A stretch of 63,598 nt of DNA, the filler included, from Octopus bimaculoides (Eukaryota), in the NCBI RefSeq assembly GCF_001194135.2. It is 5 parts of 4 records of this genome, joined end to end, with 100 filler letters (N's around TTAATTAATTAA, not from the genome) between each part and the next. Parts side by side here need not be neighbours in the genome. Positions count along the whole stretch, not along the records: positions 50,306 to 58,600 come from NC_069001.1; positions 58,701 to 63,598 come from NC_068989.1; 3 more parts are not named here. One strand, written 5' to 3'. Below, piece by piece: positions 50,783-63,598 of this stretch. Each line of letters opens with the position of its first letter. Positions within the stretch are counted from its first letter, which is position 1. The position numbers and the translations under genes are program-made. Below the pieces are notes generated by a model, which was given only the letters and a program-made list of their open reading frames with translations, had not been told where the DNA came from and searched no databases.

Positions 50783-52114
50783 ATGAATATATAATATATT
50801 AATAAAATGTGTTGAACTACTTCTCACAATGTGTGGCAACGCTGTTCGGCTGCACGACGAAACTGTTGTTGACTTTAAAAGAAATGTTCACTCTTTTATT
50901 AGTATTATATTTCTCCACTAACATCTGCCTATCCAACATGTATTTCATATTTTTTTCTTCCGTCATGTTTCAGCATTTTGTATATATTGCATCACATATA
51001 CACATAGACACACACACACACATGTATACATACAGATATATATATATATATATATANNNNNNNNNNNNNNNNNNNNNNNNNNNNNNNNNNNNNNNNNNNN
51101 NNNNNNNNNNNNNNNNNNNNNNNNNNNNNNNNNNNNNNNNNNNNNNNNNNNNNNNNNNNNNNNNNNNNNNNNNNNNNNNNNNNNNNNNNNNNNNNNNNNN
51201 NNNNNNNNNNNNNNNNNNNNNNNNNNNNNNNNNNNNNNNNNNNNNNNNNNNNNNNNNNNNNNNNNNNNNNNNNNNNNNNNNNNNNNNNNNNNNNNNNNNN
51301 NNNNNNNNNNNNNNNNNNNNNNNNNNNNNNNNNNNNNNNNNNNNNNNNNNNNNNNNNNNNNNNNNNNNNNNNNNNNNNNNNNNNNNNNNNNNNNNNNNNN
51401 NNNNNNNNNNNNNCAAGTAGGAACAAAATAAGTAACGAAAACAAAAACAATACGGAACAAAACAACATGGGGTCTACGTTTATACTAACACCGTTTCTCT
51501 CTTCCCCCTCCTTCGCTGTTTTTCTGAGTCTCTCTCCTTTTTACCCTATGACGTCAATACTGCTTACTGTTCGCACCTTTTGATGTCGAAGTTACTCCTC
51601 CTGTAGACAAACAGCGCCGCCTAGTCACGAGGTGGGAAACATAATAAGCAGATAGACATTATATGAGGGAAGTGAATTAATTTTCCTTATTCCTCCATTT
51701 GGGTATGTATGTATGTATGGTGTGCATGTGTATATGCGTATGTATATAACTCACGCACACACATGTAAATGTACGTGTGTGTATATACACACACACACAC
51801 TTCATTTACACTGCCCTTTAAATATATCCCTAAACATATACACATGCTCTATTATTGCATAACCACAGCCTACTAGAGGGCAATAATTACATTTCTTCAC
51901 ATTCAGTCAACAATGGAGGCTCTACATGCTAGAAATAACAGCAAAGGTCTTTCTCAAATCACACACCACCATCTTAAAAAGAAAGATATAAATTAGATGA
52001 CGTAGCCCGAGATACATCATAGCTGAATGAAAGATGATGTGGTCATGGTTGGAGGTTGTTTGATCATGTTTGTTGTTGCCGAGCCAATCGGATGCTTAAG
52101 ATCTTCAATAAAAA

Positions 52115-52465
52115 GGTAAGGGTAAAAGACCCCCTCCGGTCACGAATGACAATGGGATTGCACCTCAAAGATTCCCCTCCGAGGCAAAAGTCCGGGCAAG
52201 GTGATTTTGGGGAAGACCAGCCGTCGCCAGTGTACACCAGACTCCCCTCTGCATGCTACAGCTGTCGTCCAAGTTGAAAGCAAAGGTCGATACAGCTTGG
52301 CACCTGTGACGTCGCAACTCATTTCTACAGCTGATTGAACTGGAGCAATGTGAAATAAAGTGTCTTGCTCAAAAACACAACACACAGCCTGGTCCAGGAA
52401 TCAAACTCACAACTTCACGATTGGAAGCCCGACACTCTAGACACTGAGTCATGCGCCTTCACACA
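52115..52465 (-). mobile_element. SINE with family C-type head, CORE-like segment and a different body
   Basis: Revcomp head, then ttgagcaagacactttatttcacattgctccagttcaatcagctgtagaaatgag. Confidence 0.7.
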
Positions 52466-52668
52466 AGATCTACATGTACTTCTATACTAGTCTACATTAT
52501 GTGTGATTAGAGATCGNNNNNNNNNNNNNNNNNNNNNNNNNNNNNNNNNNNNNNNNNNNNNNNNNNNNNNNNNNNNNNNNNNNNNNNNNNNNNNNNNNNN
52601 NNNNNNNNNNNNNNNNNNNNNNNNNAGATCGCCTTTAATTCATATGCACCCTATACTGTGCATCACAG

Positions 52669-52940
52669 CAGTGGCGTAACTAAGAGGGAAATAAGGGGAG
52701 CAACCACTCCCCTTGAACACAGTTTTTGAAACTGGCGCCTTTTCAACATTTTCTTAAAACTCTAGTTCACTTGTGCGATAAAAGTCGAATCTCTTTTCTT
52801 GTCTGTTAATCGCATCGCCTTAGAAGAACCTTCTGGAGTCATTAATGTATTTGACCAATCTCCTGTCTACTCAACCCCGTGTGAGCCGTCCAGTAGCAAG
52901 TGTTCCTGAGAACAGACGGTGCCTGGGGGCAAAAGACGCA
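52669..52940. mobile_element. Probable hAT-like non-autonomous element, truncated
   Basis: Begins CAGTGGCGTAACTA; the other end is replaced by a SINE fragment. Confidence 0.35.
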
Positions 52941-53268
52941 CTGGGGTCGATGTAATCGACTTAATCCCTTTGTCCTTGTTTGTCCCTTCTATGTTTAGCC
53001 CCTTGCGGGCAATAAAGAAATAAATATTACTGGTCTTAGTTGTTACGATATTACTTGTGTCTTACATAATATCATACTTATGTCTTAGGCAAGTACTTTA
53101 ACTCAAATTTTCTTGTTTCTGACGGAAGTAAAAAAAATGTAAAAGCAACTGAAAAACAACAACTGCAACAACACAAACAACAGGATCATCAACAACAGCA
53201 CCGCAACACCACCACCCACAGGGGCTATACCGCTGTTAACATCACACAAAATAAGGGAGCCTCTACAT

Positions 53269-53827
53269 CAGCGGTTCTCAGCCATCTTTTACCTATGATC
53301 CCTTTTGATTTCTATTTTACTCCTGTAAGACCCTCATAGACCCCCATTTTGCTCTTGTAGACCCTCATAGACCCCATTTTACTCCTGTAGACCTTCATAG
53401 ACCATTCGATGTTTAAAAAATCTCTATCATATTTTCATAACCAAATGTTGGTTTAAAATTTTTACATAAGGCAAGCAATTTCAGGGGTGTGGGGTGGGGC
53501 TATGTCGATTACATCGACACCAGTGCCTAACTGGTACTTATTTTATCGACCCCTAAAGAATGGAAAGCAAAGCCAACCTCGGCGGAATTTGGACCCAGAA
53601 AAGTAAAGACTGTCGAAATGCCGCTAAGCATTTCTCGCGCGTGCTAACGAGTCTGTCAGTTCGCCGCCATTTTTCGTAATTAAATATTATTAGAAATTGT
53701 ATTAAAAAGATTGTTAAAATATTTTGCGTATTGTAGAAGTATGACCAATTTATTGCAGACAAATTTTAACAACAAAGTCTTGTATGGGACCCCTAACGGT
53801 CATATTGACCCCGGTTGGGAACCATTA
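53269..53827. mobile_element. hAT-type MITE with a nested SINE
   Basis: Ends CAGCGGTTCTCAGCC and GGTTGGGAACCATTA; 8-bp flanks ctctacat (53261-53268) and ctcttcat (53828-53835) match 7/8, as expected for a hAT target-site duplication (TSD). Confidence 0.8.
53470..53670 (-). mobile_element. SINE family B nested in the hAT MITE
   Basis: Complete copy inside 53269-53827. Confidence 0.8.
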
Positions 53828-54299
53828 CTCTTCATGATTGCTCTCTTGCTAGAAATAATAGCCAAATCCCCACCAAATTGCACCCTATCAATTTCAAAAA
53901 TGATACGTTGGATATTCTACACCCGAGTCCCTTGCACATTGTTTCAAAAATAAATAAATAAATAAATAAATAACGGCATGATCACGGTTGGAATGTCATT
54001 GACCATAGGTCAGCTGGATCGAGCTTGACCTGGGTCTAAATAGCAACAACAACAACATCTAACAAAACAATAACAACATTCGCCATCAACTTAATCCTAC
54101 AGGAAAACACCTCTACTACCACGACCACCACCACAACTAACATTGCTACCCTCCCCCCATACTCACAAACCTATTCTTACTCCGTCGTTGCACCACTACC
54201 ACCACCACCACCACCACCACGAATGCACCACCACCAACAACAAACACACTTTATTACATCATGTGGCGCCACTTAAGAAATGTTCTTTACCTTCATCTT

Positions 54300-54867
54300 A
54301 TCTTCTCCTCCTCTGTCCATCTCCCTCACCCCTACCTTATATATATATATTATATTTACACTTGTCTCTTTACTTTTCTTTTCTTTCTCTCTCTCTCTCT
54401 GTAATTCTTCTTCTCCTCCTCCTCTCTCTGTATTTCTCTATCTCTGCATATATTTCAACAACCTCCTCTCCTTGTCTTTCACTAACTCACTCTCTCTCTC
54501 TCTCTCTCTCGCCTTAACTCCCCTTCTTTTCACTCTCTTCTCTCTCACTCTCTCTTCTCTCTCACTCTCTCTTCTCTCTCACTCTCTCTCTCTCTCTCAC
54601 TCTCTCTGTCTAGCTTTAACTCCCCTTCTTTTCACTCTCTCTCTCCTCCCCCTCTCGCTCTCACTTACTTCCTCTGCACTTCTATACCTCTGCATACATC
54701 TCCCCCCTCTACTTCTTCCTCGCAGTCTCTGCCTATTCTCTCCTTCACTCCCTCCATCCCTCTTTCCCCCTCTCCCTCTCACTCTGTACTTGCATATCTC
54801 TGCATCTCTCTCACTTCCCCCTACTTCTTTCTCACTGCGCCTCTCTCACTCTCCTTAACTCCCCTTC

Positions 54868-54904
<37 letters not shown>

Positions 54905-54970
54905 TCCCTCTCGCTCTCTCTGTACTTCTACGTCTCTGCATATCCCTCCACCTGCACCTCTCTCCTTCCA
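54300..54970. repeat. CT-rich polypyrimidine low-complexity tract
   Basis: Seen directly; contains three copies of ttaactcccc(t)tct. Confidence 0.9.
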
Positions 54971-55299
54971 CCGTATTCGTGAGTGGGTGGATCTCTACGA
55001 CCGTCTAACTTCAAAGAAACATCCCATGCACAACGCCATAGGTACTACATTTTATTAGTGTCTCAACGTGGTTATATGCGTCTGTGCGTTTACATATACG
55101 TCTATGCATGCGCTATGTGTTTACGTATGGATTTCTGTGTGTCTCTATATCAATGTCTGCTTACGTACATGTCTCTGTATGTTCGTATGTGTGTGTGTGA
55201 GTGTGTGTACGTAAGAGCCTGTATGCTTGTATGAATGTCTACCTTCGTCTGATTGTTAATGCATGTTTGCGTGAAAGTATGTGCGTGCATGCATATATG

Positions 55300-55346
<47 letters not shown>

Positions 55347-56514
55347 GTGTGTGTATATATACATGTGCATGCACATGTATATATAAATGCATACACACAC
55401 ACACACACACACATACTTATATATAAATGCATATATATATATATATGTATATTTATATATGTATATATATAAACATGTGCCTGTGTATGTTTGTGTTAAA
55501 GTGTGTGCGTGCGTGCATNNNNNNNNNNNNNNNNNNNNNNNNNNNNNNNNNNNNNNNNNNNNNNNNNNNNNNNNNNNNNNNNNNNNNNNNNNNNNNNNNN
55601 NNNNNNNNNNNNNNNNNNNNNNNNNNNNNNNNNNNNNNNNNNNNNNNNNNNNNNNNNNNNNNNNNNNNNNNNNNNNNNNNNNNNNNNNNNNNNNNNNNNN
55701 NNNNNNNNNNNNNNNNNNNNNNNNNNNNNNNNNNNNNNNNNNNNNNNNNNNNNNNNNNNNNNNNNNNNNNNNNNNNNNNNNNNNNNNNNNNNNNNNNNNN
55801 NNNNNNNNNNNNNNNNNNNNNNNNNNNNNNNNAATTAATTTTACATTTGTGAACTGGGGGTAGACTTATCCACCCCTTTACACAACACTGAACGGTTATG
55901 TGTTGGAATTGGTAGGGGTGCCTCTCTCTCTCTCTCTCTCTCTTATTCACGCACCGTCTTTTCAACAGACACCGCCTGTGCATATGTGCGTAAGCGTGTA
56001 TGCGTCTGTAAGCGCACACATGTGTCTAAACACACAATATGCACACACACACACACGCACACACACACGTACATAAATATGTATGTATGTATGTGTGTTT
56101 ATATGCATGTGTGAGGGTATAGAGTTATGTATGTTTAGTCATAGCGCGTGAGCAGATTCGCATGAGGATAGCAAACATACACGCACACACACACACACAA
56201 TATATATATATACATACGACAACTGCAACTGTGCCCTCATAGTGCTGGTGATTAAGTAGCTACTATATTTCCGTGATCCTCGTGTGATATAAGAGGAGAT
56301 TAGATCGTTAAGCTGGTAAAATAAGATAAATAACCATATAGAGGCGTGCGCTCAGGTACGCACAAACGGGCGCGCGCACGCACGTTCGTACGCGCGTACG
56401 CACACGCAATTTCGGCTGTGAAACCTGTGGTCACATCGTGTATTCTATTGCACGGTCTCCTGATTAAACGACGCACGTGTGGTTTTATATACAATATGGC
56501 ATCACGTAACCTCG

Positions 56515-56785
56515 TAATCACGTGATCACGTGACTGACCAGGTTATCAGCTGTTGTGACACATCACTGGCCACAATGCGCTTTGCATTTTTTAACCTTCA
56601 AATGACGCCACCCCGATGGCTAGGCGAGCAGGCCAACAATCCCCCTTTCCCCACTGAACGAATGAGGGACTGGAGCAATGTGAAATTAAGTGTTTTGCTC
56701 AAGAACACAGCGCGCCGCCCAGTCAGGGAATCGAACCTACGATCTAGCGATCGTGAGTGCAATAGCCTAACGACTTGGCCACGTA
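56515..56785 (-). mobile_element. SINE with family C-type head
   Basis: Revcomp gtggccaagtcgttagg...ggttcgattccc...ttgagcaaaacactt. Confidence 0.75.
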
Positions 56786-56909
56786 TGTTTCATCTTCCGT
56801 CTTTCATTTACCATATACATAACGAACACTGTAAAACTGACCGTGTTCTACCATGTATAAACCATTCGTTTTATTATCTAATAAATGTCAATGTGGTACC
56901 TTGTCGAGT

Positions 56910-57140
56910 GAAGGCTCATGGCCTAGTCATTAGGCTGTTTGCGCCTACAATCGCAAGATCGTGGTTTCGATTCCCGGACCGGGCGGAGAGTTGTGTACTT
57001 CAGCAAAACACCCCATTTCATCTTGCTCCAGTCCACTCAACCTGACCCTGCGACGGAATGGCGTCCCATCCAGGGGCGCATGTTTTGATCCCAGTCATTT
57101 ATCTGCTATGGAATCTGGGCAACCCGCTCCTAGGACTCGA
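56910..57140 (+). mobile_element. SINE with family C-type head
   Basis: atggcctagtcattagg...gtttcgattccc...cagcaaaacac. Confidence 0.7.
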
Positions 57141-57610
57141 AACAGACATTACATTTTTATATACATACAAACAAATATATGCGTATTAGATATATATACA
57201 TAGATACACACATTTATGTATGAGTATGTGTCTATATGCATGTGTGTACTGTACGTGTGTGTGTGTGNNNNNNNNNNNNNNNNNNNNNNNNNNNNNNNNN
57301 NNNNNNNNNNNNNNNNNNNNNNNNNNNNNNNNNNNNNNNNNNNNNNNNNNNNNNNNNNNNNNNNNNNNNNNNNNNNNNNNNNNNNNNNNNNNNNNNNNNN
57401 NNNNNNNNNNNNNNNNNNNNNNNNNNNNNNNNNNNNNNNNNNNNNNNNNNNNNNNNNNNNNNNNNNNNNNNNNNNNNNNNNNNNNNNNNNNNNNNNNNNN
57501 NNNNNNNNNNNNNNNNNNNNNNNNNNNNNNNNNNNNNNNNNNNNNNNNNNNNNNNNNNNNNNNNNNNNNNNNNNNNNNNNNNNNNNNNNNNNNNNNNNNN
57601 NNNNNNNATG

Positions 57611-57642
<32 letters not shown>

Positions 57643-59126
57643 GATACATTTTTATATACATACAAACAAATATATGCGTATTAGATATATATACATAGAT
57701 ACACACATTTATGTATGAGTATGTGTCTATATGCATGTGTGTACTGTACGTGTGTGTGTGTGTGTGTGTGTGTGATTGTGGAGAGATTGGGGGGATATGG
57801 GGGGGTAGAATTTTGTGAATGCAACAGAGACCACCCCTGTTGTTTAGACATTGGAATGGCGGAGCAAAAGGAATATGGAGTGGGGGTGGAGTGATCTTAG
57901 CAAACCTTTAGATGAGTGACAATTAAATTCTTAATATTGTCTACATATACGTGTATTTATGTGTATGTACACACACGCATATATATATATATATGTGTAT
58001 GTGTGTGTGTGAGTATGTGTATATATATATATATGAAGGTGTGTATAAATGTATGTACGTAGGTATGCACAAATGTGTGTGTGTGTGTATTGGTGTGATT
58101 TTATTGCCTTTGATGTAATTCCTGCCGTTTACGTTGGTATCCGAACTATTCCTTAATATGGAACTATGACAAACATGTTCTGTAGTTGAGAGGAGCGGGA
58201 GAGGAGGTTGGGGTGGTGGTGGCGTTATGTCAGCCCCCCACCCCCTCACCCGATTCACCTACCCATCCACAGCAACGTATACTCAACCACCACCAGTGTC
58301 TTTGTACTCTTTTCTTTTCCAGATATCTTCCTGCAATATAGAATTAGATTGTACGATTTATATCTCATAGATATGTACTATACACACACACAAACACACA
58401 CACGCACACACACACACACATCAAAATAAGCAAGAAGGATATCCAGAGGTAATCCTTGTTGCTTATTTTGATTTTAATCACCTTATTTTGAAATTGTATG
58501 GATAATACCATACTAAATTCTGTTGTCTCGACTTAAGTATTATATTTATGTGAATCTAAATTTTTGCTGAACTCATCTACCATACCCAAACGATATATAT
58601 NNNNNNNNNNNNNNNNNNNNNNNNNNNNNNNNNNNNNNNNNNNNTTAATTAATTAANNNNNNNNNNNNNNNNNNNNNNNNNNNNNNNNNNNNNNNNNNNN
58701 AGGAATAGAAATAGAGGGCGGGAGGAGGGAAGAGGAAACTGAGGAGGAGGAGGTGGAGGAGGAGGAAGAGAAAGAGGAGTGAGAAACAGGAGTGGGAAGG
58801 TGAGGGGGAGGGAGAAACAGGAGAGGGAAGGTGAGGAGGAGGAAGGGGAGTAGAGGGAGGAAGATGAGAAAATGAAAGGATATTGGGGACACTTGTTGAC
58901 GATTTCAAAACTATTGTATTTATCATTTATCAACAGATATGTACCCTGTTTGAGTGTGCAGCCTACATGTGCATATGTACATACATAAATAAATAAATAC
59001 ACACATACATGCATACATACATACATACATACATACAAGCATATATATGTATGTATATACACAAACATATACATTTATACATGTAATAGAGAGTGAGGGG
59101 TAAGATATATGTATAAACATTTATAA

Positions 59127-59183
<57 letters not shown>

Positions 59184-59679
59184 TATATATATATCACGGT
59201 GTCACAGTATGGACCAGACCATCAGATGCTGTTAAACACCGCTGATCACAATGCGCATCGATTCTGTCTTGATAGCGCCATTCTTTTCCATCTTGAATGG
59301 CACATTCAAATATGTGTGTGTGTGCGCGCGCGCGCGTGTACGTATATNNNNNNNNNNNNNNNNNNNNNNNNNNNNNNNNNNNNNNNNNNNNNNNNNNNNN
59401 NNNNNNNNNNNNNNNNNNNNNNNNNNNNNNNNNNNNNNNNNNNNNNNNNNNNNNNNNNNNNNNNNNNNNNNNNNNNNNNNNNNNNNNNNNNNNNNNNNNN
59501 NNNNNNNNNNNNNNNNNNNNNNNNNNNNNNNNNNNNNNNNNNNNNNNNNNNNNNNNNNNNNNNNNNNNNNNNNNNNNNNNNNNNNNNNNNNNNNNNNNNN
59601 NNNNNNNNNNNNNNNNNNNNNNNNNNNNNNNNNNNNNNNNNNNNNNNNNNNNNNNNNNNNNNNNNNNNGATGGAAACTG

Positions 59680-59692
59680 AAAGAAGCTCGTC

Positions 59693-59730
<38 letters not shown>

Positions 59731-59930
59731 GTGTGTGTGGGGGGGATGTCTGTATTTGTTCCCCCATCATCGCTTGACAACCGATGTTGTTGTGCTTACG
59801 TCCCCGTAAAAAGACACCGATAGAATATGTACTGGGCTTACAAAGAATAAGTCTTGGGGTTGATTTGTTCAACTGAAAGCGGTACTCCAGCATGGCCGCA
59901 GTCAAATGATTGAAACAAGTAAAAGAATAA
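59680..59930 (+). mobile_element. SINE family A copy, head lost in gap
   Basis: ggaaactgaaagaagctcgtcg...gcggtactccagcatggccgcagtcaaatgattgaaacaagtaaaagaata. Confidence 0.8.
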
Positions 59931-60477
59931 GAGAATATACTCTATTATCTGCTTTAGTTGAGAGGAGTGGCCATACTACAGCACCGCATACATTCAAGTG
60001 TGTGTGAGAGAGAGGAGGCGGGAGCTGGACAGTATGGTTAATAAGCTCGACTTACAATCACGCGGTTCCGAGTTCGATTCCATTGCACAGCCCCTTGAGC
60101 AACGAGGACTTGGAAACTGTACAGAAGCATGTCGTATGAATGTATGTGTGTGTGTGTATGTATGTATGTATGTATGTATGTATGTATGTGTGTGTATGTA
60201 TATATACGTGTATATCTATGTTTATTTTTAGGTCTAAAACCCGGTATTGTTTGTTTGTGTCACATTATGTTCCATATGTAGTTTTCGATAAAATGTATAC
60301 AAGAAATATAAACACAAAAGTGAATATGGGCTACTAAAAACCCTTAAAAGCGGTGCCCCAGTATGGCCGCGGCCCAGTGACTGAAATTAGTGAAATAGTG
60401 TATGTATGTGTGTGTATGAATGCATATTTGCGTGTATGAATACGTATGTGTATGTATGTATATATTGTATGAGTAGG

Positions 60478-60505
60478 TATAGATAGATAGATCGATCGAT
60501 ACATT

Positions 60506-60571
<66 letters not shown>

Positions 60572-60720
60572 CAGACAGGCTGACAGATAGGCAGGCAGGT
60601 TGACAGACAGACAGACAGATAGACATTGATAGATGGACTGGTGTATAAATAGACGAACACAGTGACAGATAAACAGACGATAGAAAAGCAGGCAGGCAAG
60701 CAAGGCAGACAGATCTGTCA
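60478..60720. repeat. Compound (GATA)n/(GACA)n microsatellite
   Basis: Seen directly. Confidence 0.9.
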
Positions 60721-61084
60721 TTTATCTCCGTGTAGATGTACGTACGAGTATGTATACAAGTGTGCATACATGTGTGTCTACGTGTGTATACGTGATTGTA
60801 TGTGTGCTTATACGTGTATGTGCGCATGCGTGCATTATCAAGTATTTAAAGCAAACGCTGCACTTAGAGATTAGTCGGGTATAGGCGGCGGGGGGAGAGG
60901 GAGCTGAGCGTTTTTGTCCCCCCTTCCACGTTACTGTCACCTGTTACTCAACCACCACCACCACCACCGCCACCGCCGCCGAAACTCTTTCCTACGCACG
61001 GCTTTCTTACTGTGACGTAAGGTCTTTTAGTAAACGGGCTGAGGTGAAGGGAAGAGGGGGAACTGTGTATCTTTTATCTATTAT

Positions 61085-61520
61085 CTGTTGCCTGTTTCAG
61101 TCATTTGGCCGCGGCCATGCTGGAGCACCGCCTTGAAGAATTTGTAATCGAATGAAACGACACCAGCACTTTGTTTTTTTAATCTATTTAAGGCTGGTAC
61201 TTATTTTATCGGTATCCCTAGCCGAACCGCTAAGTGAGAGGGACGTAAACCCACCAGCACTGGTTGTCAAGTGGTGGTAGGGGACAAGCATAGACACAAA
61301 CACACATACACACGTACGTACGTACACACACACGCACGGAAACACGCACACACGCATACGATGGGCTTCTGTCAGTTTCCGTCTACCAAATCCACCCACA
61401 AAGCTTTGGTCAGCCTGGAGCCATAGTAGAAGACACTTGCCCAAGGAGCCACCCAGTGGGACTGAACCCAGAACCATATGGTTGAGAAGCAAACTTCCCG
61501 CTACACAAGCCACTCCTGCC
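61085..61520 (-). mobile_element. SINE family A, near-complete copy
   Basis: Tail, body, CA tract and tRNA-like head are all present. Confidence 0.85.
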
Positions 61521-62501
61521 AACAAAATATCAACTGCTCCTCCAATACAAATCCCAATGCACCGACTATAGAACCTCTATGTGTCGTTCGAGTTACTAGA
61601 AATAGCAGCCAAATTTAACTCTGTGCCATCTTAAAATAAGAAGAACGACACCTTTGTTGATATGGTTCTCGATACAATGTGCAGAGACCATAATGAGAAG
61701 GCCATGGTTGAAATGTTTTTGAGCGCATCTCTTGGATGACGTATGCCTGGGGTTGCACAATAACTACAGCTCTCTGTAGTACATATCAAAAGGAAAGCAA
61801 CATAATTTTAAGCCCCGGGCCGTAACTTGAAGCAACGATTTTCAAACTGTAGAACCATAGGACACAGACAAAACGTTACAAGTGTTAGAGTACAGACGCC
61901 ATTGGCTTTTTAAAAGCTTTATCATGTAAAAACCGACTATTATAACTACATTAAAATAAAGAGCGCACGCATTGCACTCAGTCACAAGGAAGCGTACATG
62001 CATCAGTGCGTTAAAAAAGACGTTTTCTGAATATCAGCTATTTTCTTGAATCATCTCAAAAGCTCGTGGCGCACGTTTCGGCCTGCTAACTATCGCCGGC
62101 CGAAATTTCGAAGTCACTTCTTCTGAAAGTATAACAAATATGTACTCTACAATAAGTATTGAGTAATTCTTCACTTTAACGTTGTTTTTACTATATACTC
62201 AACATAGAAATCAAACAATGCTACTGCTGAGCAGAAAATACTGCGAAATATTGATATATGTAATTCATGTTAACTTCCACATTGGTTTTGTTTCGTCTAA
62301 CATCGAAGTATACTGTATTGCTGTTGTTTTTTAACATTTTACGTCTGTTAAGGGATCCCCGCACCTTAGACGAAATTCCACAACTACAAGTGAGGAACAA
62401 GAAACATACATTAAGTCTGTAATATTGATAATGTTAACATTACTCAACTGCTTGTAACACGAAATTTGAATTAATATACAAACACACACATATATACATG
62501 C

Positions 62502-62564
<63 letters not shown>

Positions 62565-62587
62565 TATACACTTATATATATGAACGA

Positions 62588-62929
62588 AGGGAACGGAAAA
62601 CGGAGTGCACGAGAATCTTTATTCGTCACAACGATCGTTTCGACCAATCTTGCATCGGTCCCTTGCTGGTGGGATACTGTACAACTGGTTGTGTTGTATC
62701 CTCCGGTGCAGCTGCATCTCATCGGGTGTCGTTTTTAAGAAGACACCTTGCTAAGCGAAACCGAGTGTATTTAGCGAGGAATCTTCTTTAAAACAGGACA
62801 TATGATGAGATGCATCTGCACCTGAGGATGCAACACAACATAATGTACAGTATCCCACCGATGCAAGATGGGTTGAAACGGTCGTTGTGACGAATAAAGA
62901 TTCTCGTGAACTCCATTTTCTGTTTCCCT
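62588..62929. repeat. 342-bp foldback (long imperfect inverted repeat), Penelope pseudo-LTR-like
   Basis: Arms 62588-62723 and 62804-62929 are reverse complements, with one short insertion in the left arm. Pairing continues inward to a 16-nt loop. The right arm contains CTGAGGATG...GAAACGGTCG...AATAAA. Confidence 0.85.
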
Positions 62930-63044
62930 CAGTCCAAATAATTACATATTTATATATACTTTTCTACTCTAGGCACAAGGCTCGAAATTTTGGGGAAGGG
63001 GCCAGTCGATTAGATCGACCCCAGTACGCAACTGGTATTTATGC

Positions 63045-63079
<35 letters not shown>

Positions 63080-63598
63080 CATACATACACACACACACAT
63101 ACAAACAAATGTGTGCAAGCGGCATGTGTGTGGTGTGTGAGTATGTGTGTATGTGCATCTGTATATGAATAATATAAAGCTATGAATGGAAATATAGATT
63201 TATATATGTGTGTACATGTGTGTGGGTGTGTTTGTGCCTATGTATGTGTATATATGTGCGTGCGTATGAATATGTTTGCGTGTGTGTAAATATGTTAACC
63301 TGTATTTCACTTATCATTATATACCACAATTATTCTTTATCTTTTTCATAAAAAAGAAAGCAACTCCTTGAGTACGGGGAGGAGGTGCAAAGGGGGGGTG
63401 AGGGTGCGCGGAATGATGGGAACTGAACAGGTAATTCTGAGGCACCTTTTGAAGTTGAATTATAAATTGTGTTTTTAAAGGGGAAAGAGGTCAAGTAATA
63501 GATAGAGAGATAGGTTGATAGATGGAGAGACAGACATATGTATGTACATACATACATACATTACATACATACATATGTACGTGTGTGTGTTTGTGCGT

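Noticed and set aside
53319-53405. Roughly 30-bp repeated units that could suggest a CRISPR array
   Set aside because: Units are contiguous with no unique spacers, lie inside a MITE, and the DNA is eukaryotic with no cas genes.
57150-57765. Identical block of about 120 bp on both sides of a 340-N gap
   Set aside because: Most likely an assembly or haplotype artefact; it cannot be called a real duplication without long reads.
62343-62383. 41-nt minus-strand segment with a strong acceptor and GTAAAA donor, a possible 5' UTR exon of the CBM14 gene
   Set aside because: No coding or conservation evidence is available from sequence alone, and such site pairs arise by chance.

Overview
This is AT-rich eukaryotic, essentially intronic or intergenic DNA with many N-gaps and dense microsatellites. 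The tRNA-derived SINE families and repeat landscape look like an octopus genome (inferred from repeat recognition, not from a search). I can support only one host coding exon: minus strand 42674-42392, encoding a signal peptide plus one six-cysteine chitin-binding type-2 (CBM14/peritrophin-A) domain and ending at a phase-1 GTAAGT donor. The rest of that gene is not securely located; two low-confidence candidate downstream exons are given. Everything else recognisable is mobile DNA: three SINE families (about 40 copies or fragments), decayed RTE-, CR1- and jockey-like LINE pieces, pogo, Tc1/mariner, hAT and piggyBac-like remnants, and Penelope-like foldbacks with hammerhead-like cores. The most notable structure is a nest of five co-oriented R4/Dong-like retrotransposon fragments in (TAA)n/(CAA)n tracts around the chitin-binding exon (40.4-45.4 kb). 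I did not find convincing evidence of a wholly new multi-gene system. Repeat boundaries are read by eye and approximate to about 10-30 bp unless TIR or TSD coordinates are stated.
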